From the NCBI GenBank assembly GCA_963580345.1, contig CAUZKZ010000001.1, forward strand, positions 1 through 53,110: DNA of 53,110 bases, in the 5' to 3' direction. Position numbers and translations under genes: made by a program. Below the pieces are notes generated by a model. That model worked only from the letters and a program-made list of their open reading frames with translations. It was not told the origin of the DNA and made no database searches. Of this stretch, positions 8,438 through 18,052 are shown in pieces; the stretch's first letter is position 1, and every line of letters starts with the position of its first letter. The stretch is from Verrucomicrobiia bacterium. Its GTDB lineage: Bacteria > Verrucomicrobiota > Verrucomicrobiia > Verrucomicrobiales > Akkermansiaceae.

Positions 8438-8912
8438 TCGGGACCGCCGGGAGGGAAACCTGAACCTGGTTCCAGGTGACCGGTTTCAGGAGGTCAAAGG
8501 TCGTGCCGCAGTACTGGCAACGGAAATGTTGCCGAACCAGGGCCCGGATGACATTCGAGGTGCCGTAGTTCAGCGGAAAGAAGCGGACCGCCTTTTCGTG
8601 TTGTCCTGCGGAGTTGTCAAGGAAGGGAGTTCCTTTGCAGAGCGGGCAATGGCAGCTGCGCCGTTTAAAGAAACTGAAGAGCCAGAGAAATGCGCTGAAA
8701 CCCCCGAATCCGATCAGAAGCGAGGCCGCGTTCTTGCCGGGCGAGGCAGCAAGGGCGAACAAGGCCGCCGCGCAACCAACGAGGGCGAGGTAGAAGAAGG
8801 CTGAAACCAGCAGGGCCCAGATATACGGTTTTCGGTAGGGGACGGAGCGGGCCCGCACGTTGAGGGGGGCCTTCCTGGGGGCTGCCGTGGCCTTTGGGGG
8901 GGCTTCTTGCAT
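8379..8912 (-). CDS. Hypothetical 2-TM protein with Cys-rich CxCPxC...CxxC C-terminal domain
   Basis: ATG at 8910-8912 (MQEAPPK...), two hydrophobic helices, then CHCPLCKG...CQYCG. Its 3' end overlaps the convergent nhaP 3' end by 59 nt. Confidence 0.45.
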   Translation of the reverse strand: MQEAPPKATAAPRKAPLNVRARSVPYRKPYIWALLVSAFFYLALVGCAAALFALAASPGKNAASLLIGFGGFSAFLWLFSFFKRRSCHCPLCKGTPFLDNSAGQHEKAVRFFPLNYGTSNVIRALVRQHFRCQYCGTTFDLLKPVTWNQVQVSLPAVPIRPPVNQPSPSSTLSPPTA

Positions 8913-9014
8913 CGATAGACTTCTCCCCAAAGAGTCTAACGGAAACTGGGTAAAGAGGCAATCCCCGAAAAGAGGATGGAAGATCGGGGAAGCCGGGGCA
9001 CGGTTCACCTCGTC

Positions 9015-11096
9015 CTAAAGGAACGGCGCGATGACGATGCTGACGATGGCCATCACGTTGATCATGATGTTCATGGAGGGTCCGGAAGTGTCCTTGAGCG
9101 GATCGCCGACGGTGTCGCCCACCACGCAGCCCTTGTGGGTTTCGCCTCCTTTGCCGCCAAAGTGGCCGTCTTCCACATATTTCTTGGCATTATCCCAGGC
9201 CCCGCCGGCGTTGGACATCATGAGGGCAAGCACAACGCAGCACAGGAGGGCGCCGCAGAGAGTCCCCGCCAGGGCGATGGCCCCGCTTTCGGGTTGGATG
9301 GCGCGGAAACCGAACCCCACCACGAGGGGCGTGCCCACCGCGAGCAGAGCGGGCAGGATCATGCGTTTGGTGGCTGCCTTGGTGGCGATATCCACACAGC
9401 GATCGGAATCGGGCTCTCCGGTTCCTTCCAGCAAGCCGGGAATCTCGCGGAACTGGCGCCGGATCTCCGAGATCATGTCGAAGGCCGCACGGCCTACCGC
9501 GTCCATCGTGATGGCGCCATTCAGGAAGGGGACCACGCCTCCGATGAAGACCCCCACGAAGAATGTGCGGAGAATCCCGGGGTCGCTGAGGTTGAGATCG
9601 ACCCCGGTCTTCTGGATAAAAGCGGTGGTGAGGGCGAGGGCCGAGAGCCCGGCCGCCCCGATTGCAAAGCCCTTGCCGATCGCGGCGGTGGTGTTGCCGA
9701 CCGCGTCGAGGCTGTCGGTGATCTTGCGTGTTTCCTCGCCCATGGCGGACATCTCTGCAATGCCGCCGGCGTTGTCGGCCACCGGGCCATAGGCATCGAT
9801 CGCCATCGTGATGCCGACCGTCCCGAGCATTCCCACCGCCGCAAGGCCCACCCCATAAAGCCCGGCAAATTCGTAGGATACATAGATGGTGGCGGCGATG
9901 GTGAGGAGGGGCACCGCGACCGATTTGAGGCCTAACGAGAGGCCGGCGATCATGAGGGTGGCCACTCCGGTTTCGCCCTGGCGTGCAATTTCCTGGACCG
10001 GCTTGCCTCCGGTGTAGTGTTCGGTGATGAGGCCGATCACGATGCCGCCCACCGCCCCGCACAGGATGCAGAGGCCGACGTTGGCACTCAGGCCGAGGAA
10101 ATTTGCGAGCCCGAAGGCCGCGCCGATGTAGAGGAGGGCGGCCCCGATGGTTCCGAAGCGGAGGGCCTCGGCGGGGTTCTTGCCGGCCATGATCCGGACG
10201 ATGAGGATCCCGAGAATCGAGCAGACCAGACCCACCGTGGTGAGAAGGAGGGGGAGTTGCATGAGTTGGACCACCCCCTCGTGACCCTCGGCCGCTCCAA
10301 TCCTATGCAGGAAGGCGACGGCCGATTCGCTGGCCTCCGTTGCCAGCCGGGCGCCCAGCGCGGCAGCGATCGCGATGCTGGCGATCTGGGCGTTGCAGTA
10401 GGATTCAAAAATGTCGGAGCCCATGCCGGCCACGTCGCCGACGTTGTCACCGACGTTATCGGCGATGACGCCGGGATTGCGGGGATCGTCTTCCGGGATG
10501 CCGGCTTCCACCTTGCCGACCAGGTCGGCCCCCACATCGGCCGCCTTGGTAAAGATGCCGCCTCCGACGCGGTAGAAGAGCGCCACGAGGGAGGCCCCCA
10601 TTGCAAAGCCCTCCATGATCTCGGCGACATGCTCGCTCTTGTTGTAAAACCAGAAGAGGCCGCCCAGCCCGATGAGTCCCATCGAGGCCACCGTCAGGCC
10701 CATCACAGAGCCACCGAAAAAGGCCACCGAGAGAGCCTGGGCCTTCCCTTCGTTCCGGGCCGCGAGGGTGGTCCGGACGTTGGCCTTGGTGGCGGTGAAC
10801 ATCCCGATGAAACCGGCCATGGAGGAAGAGAGGGCGCCCAGGAAGAAGGCCAGCGACTGTTCCCTGCCGTAGTTCTGCTGAAAGAAAAACAGCGCGGCAC
10901 CAATGGCGACAGAGAAGATCGAGATCAGCAGGAACTCCCGGCGCATGAATACCATCGCCCCCCGGTGGATCTTTTCGGCAATCTCGGCGACCTTCCCCTC
11001 GCCACCGGGACGCTTGACGATGCGCGCCAGCAGGATAAACGCAATGATCAAGCCGGCGATGCCAGCGATGGGCGTGATGATCGGATTGACGGTCAT
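9015..11096 (-). CDS. hppA: Membrane-bound proton/sodium-translocating inorganic pyrophosphatase
   Basis: Canonical motifs GGIFTKAADVGADLVGKVE, DNVGDNVGD and GDTVGDPLKDTSGPS; ~690 aa polytopic protein. Start set at ATG 11094-11096 (MTVNPI...). Confidence 0.92.
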   Translation of the reverse strand: MTVNPIITPIAGIAGLIIAFILLARIVKRPGGEGKVAEIAEKIHRGAMVFMRREFLLISIFSVAIGAALFFFQQNYGREQSLAFFLGALSSSMAGFIGMFTATKANVRTTLAARNEGKAQALSVAFFGGSVMGLTVASMGLIGLGGLFWFYNKSEHVAEIMEGFAMGASLVALFYRVGGGIFTKAADVGADLVGKVEAGIPEDDPRNPGVIADNVGDNVGDVAGMGSDIFESYCNAQIASIAIAAALGARLATEASESAVAFLHRIGAAEGHEGVVQLMQLPLLLTTVGLVCSILGILIVRIMAGKNPAEALRFGTIGAALLYIGAAFGLANFLGLSANVGLCILCGAVGGIVIGLITEHYTGGKPVQEIARQGETGVATLMIAGLSLGLKSVAVPLLTIAATIYVSYEFAGLYGVGLAAVGMLGTVGITMAIDAYGPVADNAGGIAEMSAMGEETRKITDSLDAVGNTTAAIGKGFAIGAAGLSALALTTAFIQKTGVDLNLSDPGILRTFFVGVFIGGVVPFLNGAITMDAVGRAAFDMISEIRRQFREIPGLLEGTGEPDSDRCVDIATKAATKRMILPALLAVGTPLVVGFGFRAIQPESGAIALAGTLCGALLCCVVLALMMSNAGGAWDNAKKYVEDGHFGGKGGETHKGCVVGDTVGDPLKDTSGPSMNIMINVMAIVSIVIAPFL

Positions 11097-11380
11097 GGAG
11101 TTCTCGTGAGCAATCGCACTAAAAATGAGCCGGGACGCCACTTTTCAATGGCGACCCGGCGGGGCGAGGGAGTCTAGATTCAGTGCCTTGTCTGGCAACG
11201 GAAAAAATGGCCGTTTTGCACGGGCTCGGGCTCAAGAACGAAGTGTGAATTACTCATAAGGGGCTTCGTGTGGAGTTCCTTGTGAACCATGGCCGGGACC
11301 CTGGTAGTCCATCACCCTTGATCTGACGGATGTTCGCTTGTTGACCGAAGGGCTGGCGGGGTTGGCGGACCATCGAGGAT

Positions 11381-11467
11381 CGCCCAATCCACTCGGGTCG
11401 GCCGCCTTGCCAGCCCTTCGTTCCCCGGCGCGTCCATCAATCATCTCAAACTTGACGCCCTACTAGT
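11381..11467. repeat. 87-nt intergenic repeat, copy A (82/87 identical to 25514..25600)
   Basis: Aligned by eye: CGCCCAATCCAC..GCCGCCTTGCCAGCCCTTCGTTCCCCGGCGCGTCCATC..TCATCTCAAACTTGACGC.CTACTAGT. Its right end supplies the TAG-TAG double stop of the TPR gene that ends at 11463. Confidence 0.85.
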
Positions 11468-13841
11468 TGGTTTTCGCGGCGGTCCAACTCGGAAACTCGT
11501 TTCGCAGTTGTTTGCGGATTGCCGCGGCCTGTTCGGTTTGACCGTTTTTCTCGAGGGCGTCCGCGGCCCGGAAGAGGGCGAGAGGCTTGATCTCCTTGTC
11601 ATCGATGAACATCTCCGAGGTCTTGAGGTAGCTCGCGGCGGCGCTCTCGTAGTCCTTGCGGTACATGGCGACGTCCGCCAGGGCCATGTAGAGACCGGCC
11701 TGCACGGTGCCCTGGGGGTCGAGTTCCAAGCCCTCGTGGGCAGCCTCCCAGGCCTCGTCCCACTTGGAGGTGCCGATCAGAGCGTGGCTCCGGTCGAGGT
11801 GGGCATCCGCTTTCCAGAAATTTTCCTGGTCCTGCTCGAGGAGAATCGCGAGGGACTCGAGGGCCCGCCCGAAGTGTCTTCGTTCGATGCGGGCCTTGGC
11901 GAGATGGCGCCACACGATGACGTCCGTGAGGCCGGGCTCGTCGGGAGTGCTCGCGAAGCCGAGGAAACGGTCGGCCGCTTCGTAGTCGCCCTTGGAGAAG
12001 CGCTCCAGCCCGAGCCAGATCAGCATGCGGGCCGGTAACCGTTGCCTTGGGGCATCGGCCAGGAGGCGTTCCACGGCCTCCTTCAACTTGTCGGAGTCGA
12101 GGAGCGAGTAGGCTGCGAGCACGAGGTGGACCCCGGCCGGTTCCCGGAAGCGCTGCGGGAGAAGATTACGAGCGGTTTCAAGGGGGGGAATGGCCTTGGC
12201 CCATTCTTCGAGCTTGTACCAGCCCCAACCGATCCAGTAATTGGCGTCGGCCCGCGACTGGCTGCCGAGGTTTCCCTGCAGCGCGAGGAGGCTCTCGTAG
12301 CTGGCGATCATTTCCTTGTACTTGCGCTCATCGTGATAGATGCGTCCGCAACGCTGGTGGGCGAAGGCGGTCAGGGTTGGTTCGATATCGAGCGTCAGGA
12401 GGCGCTGGAAATCCTTCAGGGCGGAGCCGCGATCACCGAGTTGAAGGTAGGCGTATCCGCGCTTGGCGAGCGCCTGGTCGATATTGGGGTGGTCCGGGTA
12501 GTGGCGGATGAAGCTGGAGAGGTTCTGGGCGGCACGCCCGAACTCGCCGGTGTCGGCGAGGCACCAGCCCCGCTTGAAGTAGACCTCGGCGCGCAATTCC
12601 TCGGGCAGCGCGGAGACGTTGACCTTGTTGTAGGCAGCGGCGGCGCGGCCCACTCCGCCTTGGTGGAAAAGGATCTCGGCCTTCATGAGGCGGGTTTTTT
12701 GGAGCCAGGGGCTGGCGGGAAAACGGTCGGCGTAGACCTCGACAAAGGTGTCGACCTGGCCGGGAATGTTGGGTCCATTGATCTGGTAAAAGCTGCCGAG
12801 GCGCCGGTAGCTGGCCTCGAATCCGAGCTCGGTGAGCGGCGCAAGGCGTTCGGCATTGAAGAATTGCCGGATCGCCTCGTTGTGGCGGTCGAGTGAGGCG
12901 AGCGATTTACCCGCGATCATGTAGATCTTCGACTGGATGTCGCTCTCGCCCATGAATTCGCCGCGCCGGAAGACCTTGACGGTCTCGGAAAAGTTGCCCT
13001 CCTCGAACCTCATTTCCATGAGGGCGAGCTGGGCCCGGGCCTTGAACTTGTGGTCCAGTCCGGCCGCGTCGATGGTCTGGTTGAGAAAGGACTCGGCCTT
13101 GGCATGTTGACCCAGCTTGGAGGCGGAGACTCCCGCGGCGAAAAGGGCCTGGGCGCGTTCCTGCGGGGCGGTATTCGGGGCGAGAAGCAGCTCGAAGTGT
13201 TCGAGGGCTTTTTCGTGGCGGCCTGCGGCGGCATGGAGTTCGCCGGCGGTGAGGCGGGCATACTCGCGGAAGGGGTTGGTGCGGGCTTCGACGATTTTTT
13301 CGAACCGCACGATGGCGGCCCCGTTCTGGCCGGCGTATTTGAGGCTGCGCGCTTCGTAGAATACGGCCTTGTGGCGGAGGTCGGCTTCGGTGGCCTGGCG
13401 GGCCGCCACTCCGAACAAGGGAGCGCCCTTGGCCCACTCTTTGCGGTTGTACATTTGCGCTGCGAGCCGGTAAGCGCCGAGGGCCACCCAGTTCCCGGTA
13501 CGGTAGCGCTGGATGATTCCGTGGAAGGTCTGCTCGGCCTGCTGCAACTCCCCGGTAAGCAGCAGCGCCATCCCGAGCTGATAGGCCGCTTTCTGCGCCA
13601 GGTTTCCCTGGGGCCGGGTGTTCAGGAAATCGCGGAAAAGCGGGACCGACATCTGGAGGGCGCGGCGCTTTTCGTGGACGTCATTGATTTCATTCCCATA
13701 CCGATAGAATCGTGTGGCCCGATGGTAGAGGTCCGCCCCGTTGTCGAAGGGCTCGATAATGCCGGGAGCCTGGGCGGGGAGCGGGGCGGGGGAGAGGGCC
13801 GCCAACCCAAGCGTGACCGCCAGCGCGGCGTTCGCCTTCAT
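11463..13841 (-). CDS. Secreted TPR-repeat protein (~792 aa)
   Basis: Signal peptide MKANAALAVTLGLAALSPAPLPAQA at the internal ATG 13839-13841, followed by repeated Ala/Tyr/Leu-rich TPR-like helical pairs throughout. The track ORF's 5' extension to 14561 overlaps the upstream gene and is discarded. Confidence 0.75.
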   Translation of the reverse strand: MKANAALAVTLGLAALSPAPLPAQAPGIIEPFDNGADLYHRATRFYRYGNEINDVHEKRRALQMSVPLFRDFLNTRPQGNLAQKAAYQLGMALLLTGELQQAEQTFHGIIQRYRTGNWVALGAYRLAAQMYNRKEWAKGAPLFGVAARQATEADLRHKAVFYEARSLKYAGQNGAAIVRFEKIVEARTNPFREYARLTAGELHAAAGRHEKALEHFELLLAPNTAPQERAQALFAAGVSASKLGQHAKAESFLNQTIDAAGLDHKFKARAQLALMEMRFEEGNFSETVKVFRRGEFMGESDIQSKIYMIAGKSLASLDRHNEAIRQFFNAERLAPLTELGFEASYRRLGSFYQINGPNIPGQVDTFVEVYADRFPASPWLQKTRLMKAEILFHQGGVGRAAAAYNKVNVSALPEELRAEVYFKRGWCLADTGEFGRAAQNLSSFIRHYPDHPNIDQALAKRGYAYLQLGDRGSALKDFQRLLTLDIEPTLTAFAHQRCGRIYHDERKYKEMIASYESLLALQGNLGSQSRADANYWIGWGWYKLEEWAKAIPPLETARNLLPQRFREPAGVHLVLAAYSLLDSDKLKEAVERLLADAPRQRLPARMLIWLGLERFSKGDYEAADRFLGFASTPDEPGLTDVIVWRHLAKARIERRHFGRALESLAILLEQDQENFWKADAHLDRSHALIGTSKWDEAWEAAHEGLELDPQGTVQAGLYMALADVAMYRKDYESAAASYLKTSEMFIDDKEIKPLALFRAADALEKNGQTEQAAAIRKQLRNEFPSWTAAKTN

Positions 13842-13996
13842 GAGGGCAACCCCGGGCCGGGGAAATCCCCGCGAGGCGGAGGCCGGGTTCAAACGACCGC
13901 CGGGCCGGCGTCCGGCGGACATCAGGGAGGGGGAGCCGATTCTCGGGATTCGCACAGCGGAGGGTTGGGGATTTGTGCCACGAAGTGACATCGAGT

Positions 13997-16447
13997 TCAA
14001 CCACTTGGAGTGGATTGGGCCGCATTCTGCAGCTTTTGGAGTCTTTCCCGGTAGCGTTTGGCGGATTTGAGCGATTTCTCGCCACCCTTCAATTCGAGGG
14101 CGCTGATGGCTCTGCGCAGCGCCTTGAGGGCGATGGTGCGGTCCTTGCTGTAGAACTCCACCACCGCCACGTAGTGTTTTGCCGCGCTGTGGGGATCGCC
14201 CTGGGACATGGCGATATCGCCGAGGATGAGGCGGGCCTGGGCATTCAGGATCCCCTGGGGTTTGAAATCGAGGCAGGCTTCGGCTGCCTTGCGGGCCCGC
14301 TCGGGGTCGTTCAGCTTGAAGTGGGCACGGGCCAGCAGGTAGTTCGTCTCGGATTGCCGGAACTTGTTTTCCTCCACCTGGAGGACGATTTCGAGAGGAC
14401 GGATTGACTCTTCGAAGGCACCGGCTTCGAGGGCGCTGCGCCCCGCCGCGCGCCACACCACCACCTTGGTCTTGGTGGGCTCCTTCGGCGTGATGGCGTA
14501 TTTCAGGTAGTGCCACCCCTCCGGGTAGTTTTCCTCGCGCGCAAAGGAGGTCCCGAGCCACGCGAAGACAGGGCGAGGAACGTTCTCATTGGGATAGTTC
14601 TTCAGGAGGAGGTCCAGCTCGGTCTTCAGCTCATCGCGCTGCTGGAGCTGATAGTTGGCCAACGCAAGATGGAGGGTCGATTCCCGTCCGAGTGTCCCGG
14701 CGTCGGTCTCGCGGGCGCGTTTAAACGGCTCGAGGCACTCTGCGAATTGGTCCTGCCGGTAGAGAGCCCAGCCCCTCCAGAATTCGGAGGCCGCTCTCTT
14801 CTCGGGATCGCGGTCGGGAAAATCGGCGATCAGGCGTTCGTGGCACTCCGCGAACTTTGCGAGGTTCTCGGATTGACGCGCGGGGTTCCCATCACCTTCC
14901 CGCTGGCGGGCCGCCTCGTCCTCGATGGCCTGCTTGTAGAGGCCGGCCTTCTGGGCCCAGGCGTACTCCTTCAGCTGGGGATTTTTGGCTTTCGCGAGGA
15001 GGCGCTCGAGTTCCCGGTGCGCCTTGGAGGAATCACCACCTTCCAGGTAGACCTCGGCCCGCTTCACGATGGCGTTAATGGCCTGGGGATGATCGGGGTG
15101 CTTTTCGATGAAGAGGTCGAAGGCCTTGAGAGCCGCCTCCCGGTCGCCGGCCTGCAAGAGGGCGGAGGAAAGCCGGTAGCGCAAGCCCCCGTGGTTTTCC
15201 TTTGCGATGTGCTTGAGACCGATCTTTCCGTATACCAGAGCGGCGGCGGCGTAGTTCCCGGCCTGGTAGTGTCCCTCCGCCAGCATGAGCCGGGCGTTGT
15301 GGATGCGCGGATCGTCCGGATGCTTTGTTTCAAAGCGTTTAATGAACTCGTCCGCCTGCTTGGTGAGTTCCCGCCCCCCGGTCTTGTACTCCCGGGAAAT
15401 CACCACGTATCCAGCCTCGAAGGCCGTCATGTTGTTAGGCGCGATCTTGGAGAGCTCCCGCAAGAGGGCTGTGGACCGATCCTTCTGCCCCAGCGCTTCG
15501 AAGGCCTTCGCGGCGAGCTGCAGGCGTTGCGCCATGGGAGCCTTGTCGAGAGGGAATTTTCCCTTGTTGAAGTAATCGATGACGGCTTGGTGTTCCTCCG
15601 CCCGCGAGGCTGTACTCATCAGGGAAAGCTGTGCCTCGTCGCGCCACTCCTCCAGCCCGGGCGTTACGAGAATGGCCTCGAAGTACTTCTTCGCGGATTC
15701 CTTCTTCTTGAGTTCGCGGGCCAGCCGGGCACACTGCAAGGTGGCGTCCGCCTTGGTCTTGACGTCTGGAGAAGAGATGAGATTGATGAAGTGCGCGAGA
15801 GCCTCTTCCTTCTTTCCGTCCTCTTTGTAGTGATGCGCGAGGACGCGCTCCGCACCCTCCCGGAAGGGCGACCCCTCGTCGGCCAGCACGGCCTTCAGCG
15901 CCGCGATCGATTCGGGACGCTTCTCCAGTTTCTCGAAGCAGAGGGCACGGCTGTAGACCGCCTTGTGGCGAAAGTCCTCGTTGTCGGTTTGTTCCGCAGA
16001 GAGCTGGTAGAGGGGCTCTGCTTCGTCGTACTTCCTGGCCTTGTAGTGCTCGTGGGCGAGTTGGTACGCGGCCGCACCCACCAGCGGGCCTTCCTTCCAG
16101 GTCGTGACCACCTTCGACAGGCAGTTGCGGTAGCCCTTCAGGTTGCCCACCTTCTGATAGCACACCGCCGAGTAGTACCATGACTTGAGGGCGTTGGAGT
16201 GCTTCGGGAAGGTGGTGTGGAATCGATCGAATTGCCGCACCGCCGCCAGGTAGGTTTCCTTCTGGCGCTCCGCGTTCTTCTGCTCGACCGCCTCGCGGTA
16301 GGCGAGGAGGGCCAGCTGGAAGAGGTCGTTGGCCGGGTCGGCCTTGAGAGGCTGGTCCGCCTTGGGCTTGGCCTGCTTCTGGGCAGGCGCCGGGGCCACC
16401 ATAAGCACGACGGCAAGGGCGGCAACGATGACATCACTCCTCCGCAT
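13997..16447 (-). CDS. Secreted TPR-repeat protein (~816 aa), paralogous in architecture to 11463..13841
   Basis: Signal/anchor sequence MRRSDVIVAALAVVLMVAPAPAQ at ATG 16445-16447, with TPR-like repeats throughout. Confidence 0.75.
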   Translation of the reverse strand: MRRSDVIVAALAVVLMVAPAPAQKQAKPKADQPLKADPANDLFQLALLAYREAVEQKNAERQKETYLAAVRQFDRFHTTFPKHSNALKSWYYSAVCYQKVGNLKGYRNCLSKVVTTWKEGPLVGAAAYQLAHEHYKARKYDEAEPLYQLSAEQTDNEDFRHKAVYSRALCFEKLEKRPESIAALKAVLADEGSPFREGAERVLAHHYKEDGKKEEALAHFINLISSPDVKTKADATLQCARLARELKKKESAKKYFEAILVTPGLEEWRDEAQLSLMSTASRAEEHQAVIDYFNKGKFPLDKAPMAQRLQLAAKAFEALGQKDRSTALLRELSKIAPNNMTAFEAGYVVISREYKTGGRELTKQADEFIKRFETKHPDDPRIHNARLMLAEGHYQAGNYAAAALVYGKIGLKHIAKENHGGLRYRLSSALLQAGDREAALKAFDLFIEKHPDHPQAINAIVKRAEVYLEGGDSSKAHRELERLLAKAKNPQLKEYAWAQKAGLYKQAIEDEAARQREGDGNPARQSENLAKFAECHERLIADFPDRDPEKRAASEFWRGWALYRQDQFAECLEPFKRARETDAGTLGRESTLHLALANYQLQQRDELKTELDLLLKNYPNENVPRPVFAWLGTSFAREENYPEGWHYLKYAITPKEPTKTKVVVWRAAGRSALEAGAFEESIRPLEIVLQVEENKFRQSETNYLLARAHFKLNDPERARKAAEACLDFKPQGILNAQARLILGDIAMSQGDPHSAAKHYVAVVEFYSKDRTIALKALRRAISALELKGGEKSLKSAKRYRERLQKLQNAAQSTPSG

Positions 16448-16513
16448 CCTGATCTCTTCTAGAATACCGCACAAACCGGAAAGTTCCCGCAAAAATGCGA
16501 AAAAAACAGCAGC

Positions 16514-16930
16514 TTAGTCGCCCTCCGGCTTACGGGTCGCAAAGGAGATGTTCCAGATCCCGGCTTTCTGGCAGATGTCGATCACCTCCATGAGGTTCTG
16601 GTAGGTGATCTCGCCGTCGCCCCGGAGCCGGACCGGCTGGTTTTCATGAACCTCCACGATGGCGCGAAGCTTGCCGAGGAGCTGCTCCTCGGTGAGCGCG
16701 TCGGCGTTTACCACCAGCTCGCCGTTCTGGCGGATGTTGATCACGATCTCGCTGATGGCGCGGTTCTCTTCCTTGCCCTGGGTGGAAGTGGGGACCTTCA
16801 CCTTGCTGTCCTGCTCGGAGCGCGAGAATTGCCAGGTCACCAGGAAAAAGATCAGGAGGAGAAAGACGATGTCGATCATGGGGGCCAGCTGAATGACGCT
16901 GGCGGGAGGATCGGCGGCCTTGAATTTCAC
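16514..16930 (-). CDS. exbD: Biopolymer transport protein ExbD/TolR
   Basis: Hallmark N-terminal segment QLAPMIDIVFLLLIFFLV, ~138 aa, GTG start, located 19 nt downstream of exbB. Confidence 0.85.
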   Translation of the reverse strand: MKFKAADPPASVIQLAPMIDIVFLLLIFFLVTWQFSRSEQDSKVKVPTSTQGKEENRAISEIVINIRQNGELVVNADALTEEQLLGKLRAIVEVHENQPVRLRGDGEITYQNLMEVIDICQKAGIWNISFATRKPEGD

Positions 16931-16949
16931 GGGTTCGGCGGAGTTAGGT

Positions 16950-17792
16950 TCAGACCCCGTGCACGTCGGCCTGCTCGGAGCGAGCCGGCGCCGGCATCTG
17001 GCTGCGCGGGATGGCGTAATCTTCCTGCCCCTCCGGCGGGAGCGCCTGCTCCGGCAGCTGGTAGCGGCCCGCGCGCTGGAATTGCGATCCGAGGAGGGCG
17101 AGGAGGTGCGTGGCGGCGGCTTCGAGCTCGGAGAGGTAGCGTTGCACGCGCCCGCGGAAGACCGAGTAGAAAATCATCGCGATGATTCCGATCGTCAGTC
17201 CGCTCGCGGTGGTGACCAGCGCTTCCGCCACGCCGCCGGCGAGTCTCATCTGCCTCACCACCTCCACGTTGCCGGTATTGATTTCGAGGAAAGCCTTGAT
17301 CATTCCGAGCACGGTTCCGAGGAGACCGACCATCGGGGCAATTGCACCGATGTCGGCGAGGTAACTGATGCGCTGGTTCAGGGTGCTGGCCTGCCGCGAT
17401 CCCTCCGCCTCCGCCACCTCGCGGATCTCGTTGAATTGCGCGTCGGAATTCTTGGTGGCGAAGTCGAGGGTCTTCTGCGTGATCCGTGCAATGCACTCCC
17501 CGCGCCGGTGCGCGTAGCCGACCAGTCCGAGGTAGTCGCGCTTGCGGATCAGGCTCTCCGCCACTCGCATGAATCGATCGCTCACCACCGTCGCGCGCCG
17601 GATGGTCAGAAAAAAGAGCAGGATCAACACCACCGCCGTGACCGAGAGCAGGCCCAGCGGCCACATCATGATCCCGCCCTCCTTGATGATCTCCAGCACG
17701 TTGATCTTGTCGGGATCGGTCGGCTGCTCCGCGCCCACCGCGGCACCGGTCGTGACCAGCAGGGCCGGCAGGGAGAACAAAAGGCGATTCAT
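16950..17792 (-). CDS. exbB: MotA/TolQ/ExbB proton-channel protein with signal peptide and C-terminal extension
   Basis: Motifs IGAIAPMVGLLGTVLGMIKAF and GVAEALVTTASGLTIGIIAMIFY. Start set at ATG 17790-17792 (MNRLLFSLPALL...); the track ORF extension to 18173 is rejected. Confidence 0.85.
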   Translation of the reverse strand: MNRLLFSLPALLVTTGAAVGAEQPTDPDKINVLEIIKEGGIMMWPLGLLSVTAVVLILLFFLTIRRATVVSDRFMRVAESLIRKRDYLGLVGYAHRRGECIARITQKTLDFATKNSDAQFNEIREVAEAEGSRQASTLNQRISYLADIGAIAPMVGLLGTVLGMIKAFLEINTGNVEVVRQMRLAGGVAEALVTTASGLTIGIIAMIFYSVFRGRVQRYLSELEAAATHLLALLGSQFQRAGRYQLPEQALPPEGQEDYAIPRSQMPAPARSEQADVHGV

Positions 17793-17982
17793 GAATCGGG
17801 GGCAGTGTATCGTCTGTTTACGGAGGTTCAAGCACCGTAGCGGTCGGCAAGCCCGAACATTCAGACCAGGAGCGACTCGGGCGGGGGATTTTGTTCTGCT
17901 AAATTTCCAGCACCCCCGGGATTTGGGGGTGGGCCTTACCCGGGAGGGTGAGGGCGGGTCGGCGGGCCGCTTCCGCTTCCGC

Positions 17983-18012
17983 AATAAAAAGGCGAGGATG
18001 ATGATGCTCGCC
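17983..18012 (-). terminator. Rho-independent terminator (GGCGAG-10 nt loop-CTCGCC followed by TTTTTATT on the minus strand)
   Basis: Plus strand reads AATAAAAA-GGCGAG-GATGATGATG-CTCGCC. It lies ~40 nt downstream of the small ORF 18053..18256 and upstream of exbB. Confidence 0.6.
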
Positions 18013-18052
18013 CGGCCGATCGATGCGGCTGAATCGATGGGGGAAGGATTCC

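Noticed and set aside
13842-14561. 5' extensions of track ORFs: 11463..14561 (1032 aa), 16950..18173 (407 aa), 44337..46394 (685 aa) and 593..2017.
   Set aside because: The extensions are Arg/Pro-rich, overlap the 3' end of the upstream gene or an intergenic region, and precede an internal ATG that starts a clear signal peptide or a conserved N-terminus.
16514-17792. The MotA/ExbB-ExbD pair as part of a Zorya-like or other stator-based defence system
   Set aside because: No ZorC/ZorD-like helicase or nuclease genes are present. The proteins have classic ExbB/ExbD motifs and sizes and are followed by TPR envelope proteins.
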